The translations under genes were made by a program, and so were the position numbers. 64,000 nucleotides of DNA, taken from assembly GCA_963823555.1 (NCBI GenBank), contig CAWGMA010000004.1:160001-224000 (forward strand), given 5' to 3'. This document shows, piece by piece, positions 57,922 through 64,000 of this stretch. Numbering within the stretch: position 1 is the stretch's first letter; every line of letters begins with the position of its first letter. The notes below the pieces were generated by a model. That model searched no databases. It had not been told where the DNA came from and saw only the letters and a program-made list of their open reading frames with translations. The stretch is from Candidatus Eiseniibacteriota bacterium (GTDB lineage: Bacteria > Eisenbacteria > RBG-16-71-46 > CAVPCR01).

Positions 57922-59702
57922 GATCCGATCCTAGCGAATTCGTATCCGGAGAAGCAAATGCGCTCGCGGGCCCCACTTCCGATCGCGGAGAGGGTCTCGC
58001 CGCCGAGGAAGTTGGCGAGTCCGGCAAACACCGCTTCGCTGTCGGACATCGGTTCGAGCACCCATGACAGCTCGATCGCGGGGTGAATGGCGGGATGCGT
58101 GCGCGCGATGAGCCATCCGTCCTCGATACCCAGGCGCAGATTGGGTGCCTTCGCGAACAGGAGTGCTGCGAGCTCGGAGTCGGTCAGCATGTAATCGCCG
58201 GCACGGGTTCGCCAGGCCGCCGGGATCGGTCGGGGGCCGGTGATGAGCTCGCCGATGCGTCGCACCTGGCCGTCGGCATCGGCGATGAGGACCGAGCGTC
58301 CCTCGATCTCGGCGCCGGAGAGACGAAGCGTGGCGAGATCGGAGATCGGGAGGGGGAGTGGGATCCGGCCGAGCGCGAGCAGGCGAAGCGAATGGAAAGA
58401 ATGATCCTCCGGCTCGAGCCGGAATCGCCGCCCGTGCAGGCGTAGCTCCACCCGCCCGTGCGCGCCCACCTCGACGTCGACGATGCCGGCTATCGTCTGG
58501 TAGCGCCCGGCGCGCGGCGCGGTGAGCGCGCCGGGCCAGGCCGGCGCGGGACCGGCCACAGGCTTCGCGGGCGCACCCTGCCGCGCGATCCCGGTGATGG
58601 CCTGCATTGTGGCGGTCGCCACCCGGTAGACGAGCGCCCGGCCTTCGCTCGAGTTCGAGCAGACGGCGATCCCGATCCCGTGATCGAGGTTCATGAAGGC
58701 GACCGAGTGGAACAGGAACTCGGCGCCGCCGTGAGCGGCGATCGGGCCGGCCCCGGCGAGTCCCGGGGGGGTCGAGAGCTGCCAGCCGAGCCCCATGCGT
58801 TCCTCGACATCCAGCGGCAGTGCGGGGCTCGCCGGCGTGAGCATGGTGGCGACGCTCCGGGGAGCGAGCACCTGCCGGCCATCGATCCGGCCGCCGCCGA
58901 GAAAGAGGCGCAGGAAGCGGGCGAGGTCGAGGATGCTGGCACAGAGGCCGCCCGCCGGAATCTCGTTGGCGAGAGAGGGCAGGGTGGGAGCGGCCACCCC
59001 GCGGCGATGCCCGCGCGACTGGAGCGCGAGGAGCTTTGCATCCGGTGCGAAGGACGCTGTTTCCGCCCCCAACGGTGCGAACAGCTCATCGCGCGCGACG
59101 TCGGCGAATGGGCGTCCGGTCACTGCCTCCACCATGTGGCCGAGCAGGTTATAGCCGAGCGTCGAGTACTTGGTGAGAAGTCCCGGGGGTTGCGCCAGGT
59201 ACGTGGACCGGATGTCCGGGAGCATGGCGTTGAACGGCACCGGACTGCCGTCGGGTAGCGCGCGGCGCCAGAGATTGGGTAGGCCCGAGCGGTGGGCGAG
59301 AATGGCGCGCACCGTGATCGGCGCGCCACCGGCAAAGCGCGTCCGGATCGAGAACCCGGGCAGGTAGCCTTCGAGCGGCGCGTCCAGATCGAGGTCGAAG
59401 TCCTCGACGAGGCGCATCACGATCGCCGCCGTGAACGGCTTCGAGAGCGAGGCCAGCCGGTACACCGTGTCCGGGCCGGCGGGGACCCCGCGTTCGCGAT
59501 CGGCGAGGCCGAAGCCCCCGGCGAAGAGCACGCGATCGGAATCGACGACGGCGACGCTCACACCGACGACCCGCGACCAGCGCATGAGGTGAGCGATGAG
59601 CCGGTCCAGGTAGGGCTCGAGGGCCGCGAGCGTTCCGGGCCCGATGCTGCGCGGTGGCCGGGGCTCGGTGGCGCGGCCGATGAGCGGGCCGAGGTCGATC
59701 AT
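57918..59702 (-). CDS. Serine hydrolase, class C beta-lactamase/AmpH-like, with C-terminal extension
   Basis: SxxK (ASLSK), ITVR.IL.H.SG, YST.GY, PAGGL and HGG. Confidence 0.85.
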   Translation of the reverse strand: MIDLGPLIGRATEPRPPRSIGPGTLAALEPYLDRLIAHLMRWSRVVGVSVAVVDSDRVLFAGGFGLADRERGVPAGPDTVYRLASLSKPFTAAIVMRLVEDFDLDLDAPLEGYLPGFSIRTRFAGGAPITVRAILAHRSGLPNLWRRALPDGSPVPFNAMLPDIRSTYLAQPPGLLTKYSTLGYNLLGHMVEAVTGRPFADVARDELFAPLGAETASFAPDAKLLALQSRGHRRGVAAPTLPSLANEIPAGGLCASILDLARFLRLFLGGGRIDGRQVLAPRSVATMLTPASPALPLDVEERMGLGWQLSTPPGLAGAGPIAAHGGAEFLFHSVAFMNLDHGIGIAVCSNSSEGRALVYRVATATMQAITGIARQGAPAKPVAGPAPAWPGALTAPRAGRYQTIAGIVDVEVGAHGRVELRLHGRRFRLEPEDHSFHSLRLLALGRIPLPLPISDLATLRLSGAEIEGRSVLIADADGQVRRIGELITGPRPIPAAWRTRAGDYMLTDSELAALLFAKAPNLRLGIEDGWLIARTHPAIHPAIELSWVLEPMSDSEAVFAGLANFLGGETLSAIGSGARERICFSGYEFARIGS

Positions 59703-61486
59703 GGCTCGGTGCTCCGCTCGTTCCCGTCGAGCGAGTAGTCCATGCGGAGCTGGGGGCGCAGGGCGGCGCTGGCGGGGTATTCTGCGGAGTAGAGCCACAA
59801 GTTGCTGGCCTGGGTCTCATCGGCGGCCCTGAGCAGGAAGCCGTGGTTTTCCTCGCCGCCGACCCAGTCCGCGACCGTGCTCGTCACGTCCCACTCGAGC
59901 CATTCGTTCCCACGGGTCCTCCCGGCGTCGAGGACGGCGCGGGCGATGGGCGGGCCGGAGTTCTGGGCGCCGAGCTCGTTCCAGCTGGCGGCGTCTTCCT
60001 CATCGGCGTAGACCTGGGTGCCCTCCACCCACGTCTGGCTCATACGGTGGGCGGTGATCGTGACCGGCTCCCAGGCCCCGGTGCCCCAGCAGTGGAGACG
60101 GAGTCGAGCGGTGTGCACCGTCGCTCCGCGTGGAATGGGGGAGAGATCGAAGCGGATGAGAGTGCGGTTCACATCGCTCGCCGCGCCGGGGCTCGCCACG
60201 TCGTCGCGCGGCGTGGCTCCGATCTCGATCGTGCTCCGCACGCCCTGGTTCAGCGCGCGCTGACCGCTGAAAATGGTGGTGTCGGATGTGCCGCGGTAGC
60301 CGTCGATACCCTCTTGCAGGGTCACGGTCGTGCGCCCGGTGCCGGCCGTGGCCGCAGCCACCGGGTTGGAGACGGGGGAGCGATTCCCGGCGTCGTCGAC
60401 GATCTTGAGCGCGAAGTAGAGCCCGGTGCCGGGGGTGAGGCCGCGTACCCGGAGCGTGTCGGTGGTCCCGGCGGGTCCCGGGATCGGCTCGGCGAGGGCC
60501 TGGTCCGCGCCGCCGAAGTTGTGCGTCCCGATCGGGACCGCCGCGAGACGGAGGTCGTAGCGCGCCGCGCGGCCGTGTCGGCCATCGTCCCCGCTGGCCG
60601 TGACCGCCAGCGTGATCTGGTCCATTCGAGTCTCGACCACGCGGAGATCAGCGGCGGCGTCAGGGGGAATCGTATCCGTGGCGGCGGCGGCGATCGCCGC
60701 CGCGTAGACCCGCGCCATCTCCCGGTAGCCGGCGGCATTCGGATGCAGCGCGTCGGTCATCCAGTCCCCAGGGCCGCCGCTCATGAGATCGGGGTTGGTG
60801 CGGAAGCGAGCGTGATGGTCGGCGAGGGCGATCGGTACGGGGCCGCCCGTCGCAGCGCCCTCGGCGAAGTCCTCCGCCATGGCGATGATCTGTTCGTTCC
60901 AGGCTCTGACGCTCTCGTCGCGGTCGGCGGCCGGGATGATGAGAGAGACGACGATCGGGAGGAGCATGCCGCGACCCTGGCGCTCGGCAGCGATGTGGGC
61001 GATGAGCTCGGTCAGGGCCGCAGACCGCGTCGCTTCGAGCGTCCTCCCGTGGTCGAGCGAGTACGGGGTGTGGGGCGGGGGCAGGGAGAGATCGTTGGTC
61101 CCGAGGTGGATGGCCACGAGGGTTGGCGCCCGGGCCAGGGCCAGATCGGCGGTGACGGGAAAGGTCCCGCGGCCGCGCGTCCCGGAGCTCGAGGGATAGA
61201 ACTCATCGGTCGTGGCCCCGCTTCGAAAGTGACCATGTGGCGGGAGAGTCCCCGCGGAGCCGATGAACTCGACCTGGCCCTTGAGCGAAGGAGGAAGGAG
61301 GTCGTCGAGGAGCCGGGGAAGATCGGAGCGGAATCCGGGCACCGCGCCCTGCCCTTCGGTGATGGAGTCCCCGACGAGCAGGATGTCGAGCCCGTCCCCG
61401 GCGCTCGACATCCCCGAGATGGAGATGGCGAGCACCACAACCAGAAGGAGGGCGAGTCGCCGCCTCCGGCTCAGAATGCGGTTCAG
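59699..61486 (-). CDS. Secreted SGNH hydrolase-FN3-DNRLRE protein (start uncertain)
   Basis: GDSITEG, HLGTND and DALHPN; GDDG..GRA..YDLR FN3-like domain; RTLIRFDLS.IP DNRLRE-type domain. Confidence 0.8.
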   Translation of the reverse strand: MNRILSRRRRLALLLVVVLAISISGMSSAGDGLDILLVGDSITEGQGAVPGFRSDLPRLLDDLLPPSLKGQVEFIGSAGTLPPHGHFRSGATTDEFYPSSSGTRGRGTFPVTADLALARAPTLVAIHLGTNDLSLPPPHTPYSLDHGRTLEATRSAALTELIAHIAAERQGRGMLLPIVVSLIIPAADRDESVRAWNEQIIAMAEDFAEGAATGGPVPIALADHHARFRTNPDLMSGGPGDWMTDALHPNAAGYREMARVYAAAIAAAATDTIPPDAAADLRVVETRMDQITLAVTASGDDGRHGRAARYDLRLAAVPIGTHNFGGADQALAEPIPGPAGTTDTLRVRGLTPGTGLYFALKIVDDAGNRSPVSNPVAAATAGTGRTTVTLQEGIDGYRGTSDTTIFSGQRALNQGVRSTIEIGATPRDDVASPGAASDVNRTLIRFDLSPIPRGATVHTARLRLHCWGTGAWEPVTITAHRMSQTWVEGTQVYADEEDAASWNELGAQNSGPPIARAVLDAGRTRGNEWLEWDVTSTVADWVGGEENHGFLLRAADETQASNLWLYSAEYPASAALRPQLRMDYSLDGNERSTEP

Positions 61487-63909
61487 GGCAGGACGATCAG
61501 CTTCCGCGTCTCGTTCACGCCGGCGGCCTCGAGATGGAGGAAGTAGATCCCCGCTGCGAGCCGCTCTCCCTGTGTGTAGACGGCATTCCACTGGACGCGG
61601 TGTTGCCCGGCTTCCTCGATTCCGTCGACCAGCACACGCACGATCCGCCCATGCACGTCGGCGATGCGGAGCGTGACGTGGCTCTGCTGGGCGAGATCGT
61701 AGCGGAGTGCGGAGGTCGGCGCGACCGGATTGGGCATGGCGCCGAGGAGGCGGGTCACGATGGGCGCTGCCGCCGGATCGCCGATGCCGGTGGTCACGGA
61801 GACCATGACCGGGGCCTCATCCGGCTCGGAGCTGGCCTGGCCGTCGTGGACCACGAGGCGGGCCGTGTAGGAGCCCGGGTCGGCGTAGGCGTGGGTGGGC
61901 GTGGGGCCGGTGCCGGTTATCCCATCCCCGAAGTCCCATGCATAGGTCAGCTCGAGACCTTCCGGATCGAAGGATCCCGTCCCGTCGAACTGGATCGGCA
62001 GATCCTCCTCTCCCTCGTAGGGGCCTCCGGCATCGGCGATCGGCGGCGCATTGGCCGGATCGGCGGCGAAGGTCACGACGAGCATCGGCCTGAGATTCTG
62101 GTTGACCACGGCCTCCGAGGAGTAGAACCCGTGGCGGCTGTTACCGAACTCATCCACGGCCTGGAGCAGGACTCCGTCATTGCTCCAGCTTCCATTCGCC
62201 CAGTGCATCACCGCATTCGTGAGGTTCCACTCGTACCAGGTATCGTTGGCGCTGACGATCGCCGTGCTCTCGGGAGACTCGAAGCGGTCCCAGTTGGGAT
62301 CGTTGTTCTGGGCGCTGTTGCTGGCGGCGGCGGCCCCCGGCGCCGACCACGGGAGAATGCTGAGCTGTGCCGCTTCCCAGCACGAGGCGCCGGTCTGCTG
62401 GCTCGGAGTGGCGCGTGTGCCCTCGACCCAGGGCTTGGTCACGCGATAGGCCGCGATCTCGACCGGAGTCGAGGAATCGCGATTGAAGCCGTACAGGCGC
62501 AGGCGGGCGTCGAGGATGTCCACTCCCGCTGGAATCTGCGAGAGATCGAAGCGAATGAGGCTGCGCGAGGTGTCGGTGACCAGATCGCCGGGATCCGCGG
62601 CCCAGGCGGTCATGATCTCGCTTCCGGGCGCCGGTCCTTCGGGGCCGAACAGCACGGTGCCGTGCTTGCCAACCGAGATGGCCGTGCTCGCGCCCACGTT
62701 CTCGTTCGGCCGGGCATCGATCATGTGGTTGTCCTCGGTGCCGTTGTAGCCGTTCAGGCCATTGCGCAGCGTGAGGATGACGGTCGGCGAGCCGATCGTC
62801 ATGGCGTTCCGGATGTTCGAGATCGGGGAGCGGTTGCCGGCCTGATCGACGACCTTGACCGCGAAGTAGTAGTTCGTCCCTGGGAGCAGATTGTGCACGT
62901 GGAGCGTGTCCGCTTCCCAGGCGGCCCTCGGCGCCGGCTCGTCGAGGGCCTGCGGTGCGAAGGCGAAATCGATGTCGTTGATCGGACTCGTCGCCACGCG
63001 CAGGTCGTAGCGGAAAGCCCGGCCGACGAGGCCGTCATCGCCGACAGCGGTGAAGCTCAGGTCCACGCTCGTGGTGTCGACGGCGATCACGGCCAGGTCG
63101 ACGATCGGGCTCGGAGGGATCGTGTCGCTGACGGCCGCGGCGATCGCCTGGTGGTAGATATCGGCCATCTGGATATAGCCGGTGTCGTTCGGGTGCAACG
63201 CATCGCTCATCCAGTCACCCGGTCCGAAGGTGAAGAGGTTGGGATTGGCGATGAAACGATGATAGTGGTCTGCGAGCGCGAGCCTGAGCGGCGACCCGGT
63301 GACCAGTCCCTCGCCGAAGTCCTCGCTCATGGCAATGATGCCATTCACCCAGTCCCGCACATCCTGCGCCCGTCCCTGCATCGGAATGTTCAGGGACAAC
63401 ACGAAGGTCTGTAGGTCCGAGCTCTGCGTGCCATCCCGCCACTGCAGAAGAAAGCGCAGGTAGTCGGCGAGCTCGCCGAGGTGGGTGTGCGTCAGCGTCT
63501 GCCCGTGGTCGAACGAATAGGGAACGAAGGGTGGGAGCTGGCTGTTCAGGTCATTGGTTCCGAGATGAATGGCGACGATGCTCGGCGTGTCAGGAGGGCC
63601 GAGGTCCGGCGTGGTGTCGAAGGTGCCGTTGCCCCAGCCATAGCCGAAGCTCTGAGGATAGAAGTCCTCGATCTCCCGGCCGCCGAGGAAATGGCCCTGC
63701 AGCGGCGGCGCACCCATCGAACCCACGAACAGGAAGTCGTTATCGGGGTCGGCGTTGAGGAGCGTGTAGAGATCGTCCCGGAACCCGGGCGGGGCGCCTT
63801 GACCTTCCGTGATCGAGTCGCCGACCAGCATGAGGCGAAAAGTCTCTGCGCCTGCGAGTTGCGGCATGGCGAGCAGGACGAGGATCCACAGCCACGAATG
63901 CGATTTCAT
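61483..63909 (-). CDS. Secreted SGNH hydrolase-FN3-DNRLRE-PKD protein with FlgD-Ig/CTD tail
   Basis: Signal peptide; GDSITEG, HLGTND and DALHPN; RSLIRFDLS; PKD (YAWDFGDG, HAYADPGSY); C-terminal PNP...GIYFLHL. Confidence 0.87.
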   Translation of the reverse strand: MKSHSWLWILVLLAMPQLAGAETFRLMLVGDSITEGQGAPPGFRDDLYTLLNADPDNDFLFVGSMGAPPLQGHFLGGREIEDFYPQSFGYGWGNGTFDTTPDLGPPDTPSIVAIHLGTNDLNSQLPPFVPYSFDHGQTLTHTHLGELADYLRFLLQWRDGTQSSDLQTFVLSLNIPMQGRAQDVRDWVNGIIAMSEDFGEGLVTGSPLRLALADHYHRFIANPNLFTFGPGDWMSDALHPNDTGYIQMADIYHQAIAAAVSDTIPPSPIVDLAVIAVDTTSVDLSFTAVGDDGLVGRAFRYDLRVATSPINDIDFAFAPQALDEPAPRAAWEADTLHVHNLLPGTNYYFAVKVVDQAGNRSPISNIRNAMTIGSPTVILTLRNGLNGYNGTEDNHMIDARPNENVGASTAISVGKHGTVLFGPEGPAPGSEIMTAWAADPGDLVTDTSRSLIRFDLSQIPAGVDILDARLRLYGFNRDSSTPVEIAAYRVTKPWVEGTRATPSQQTGASCWEAAQLSILPWSAPGAAAASNSAQNNDPNWDRFESPESTAIVSANDTWYEWNLTNAVMHWANGSWSNDGVLLQAVDEFGNSRHGFYSSEAVVNQNLRPMLVVTFAADPANAPPIADAGGPYEGEEDLPIQFDGTGSFDPEGLELTYAWDFGDGITGTGPTPTHAYADPGSYTARLVVHDGQASSEPDEAPVMVSVTTGIGDPAAAPIVTRLLGAMPNPVAPTSALRYDLAQQSHVTLRIADVHGRIVRVLVDGIEEAGQHRVQWNAVYTQGERLAAGIYFLHLEAAGVNETRKLIVLP

Positions 63910-64000
63910 CAAAGGGTTTTGACTCTGCGGGTTGGGGTTGCGGTTCCCGAAGACCGGGGCATGGGGGATCTGGTGTCTGTAGGATCCGAGATGATCAGGC

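Overview
Very GC-rich (about 70% by eye) bacterial chromosomal segment with about 55 protein-coding genes. I found no rRNA, tRNA, CRISPR array, integrase or transposase. Secreted proteins ending in FlgD-Ig/T9SS-CTD-like domains hint at an FCB-related uncultured lineage such as Eisenbacteria, Latescibacteria or Krumholzibacteria (inference only). Housekeeping and metabolic genes include oppA, purM, a 7Fe ferredoxin, glgP, a queuosine-precursor transporter, thiO, pruA, fabI, carD, erpA, surface-polysaccharide enzymes, S8/S9 peptidases and tandem SGNH-FN3-DNRLRE proteins. Five loci stand out. (1) An intact two-gene transketolase-like pair (43525-45392) keeps the scaffold but has lost essentially every ThDP-binding and catalytic residue, so it is a candidate pseudo-enzyme; it is followed by a VOC protein and a STAS anti-anti-sigma factor. 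(2) An iscS-iscU-iscA-hscB-hscA-iscX operon is headed by a MerR regulator with a CX2CX8CX2CX3H tail and a MerR-type operator instead of IscR; fdx is missing and its position holds a promoter plus structured leader. (3) A coupled operon of a 45-aa ORF, a Ddl-like ATP-grasp ligase, a SAM methyltransferase and a PLP type III decarboxylase is a candidate small-molecule or peptide biosynthetic cluster. (4) Two lipoproteins share a recently duplicated 717-bp jelly-roll module. (5) A shared AT-rich palindromic motif occurs upstream of three Fe-S loci and the transketolase-like pair. Two patches (glgP, and about 46300-46700) contain clustered indels that look like sequencing or assembly errors.
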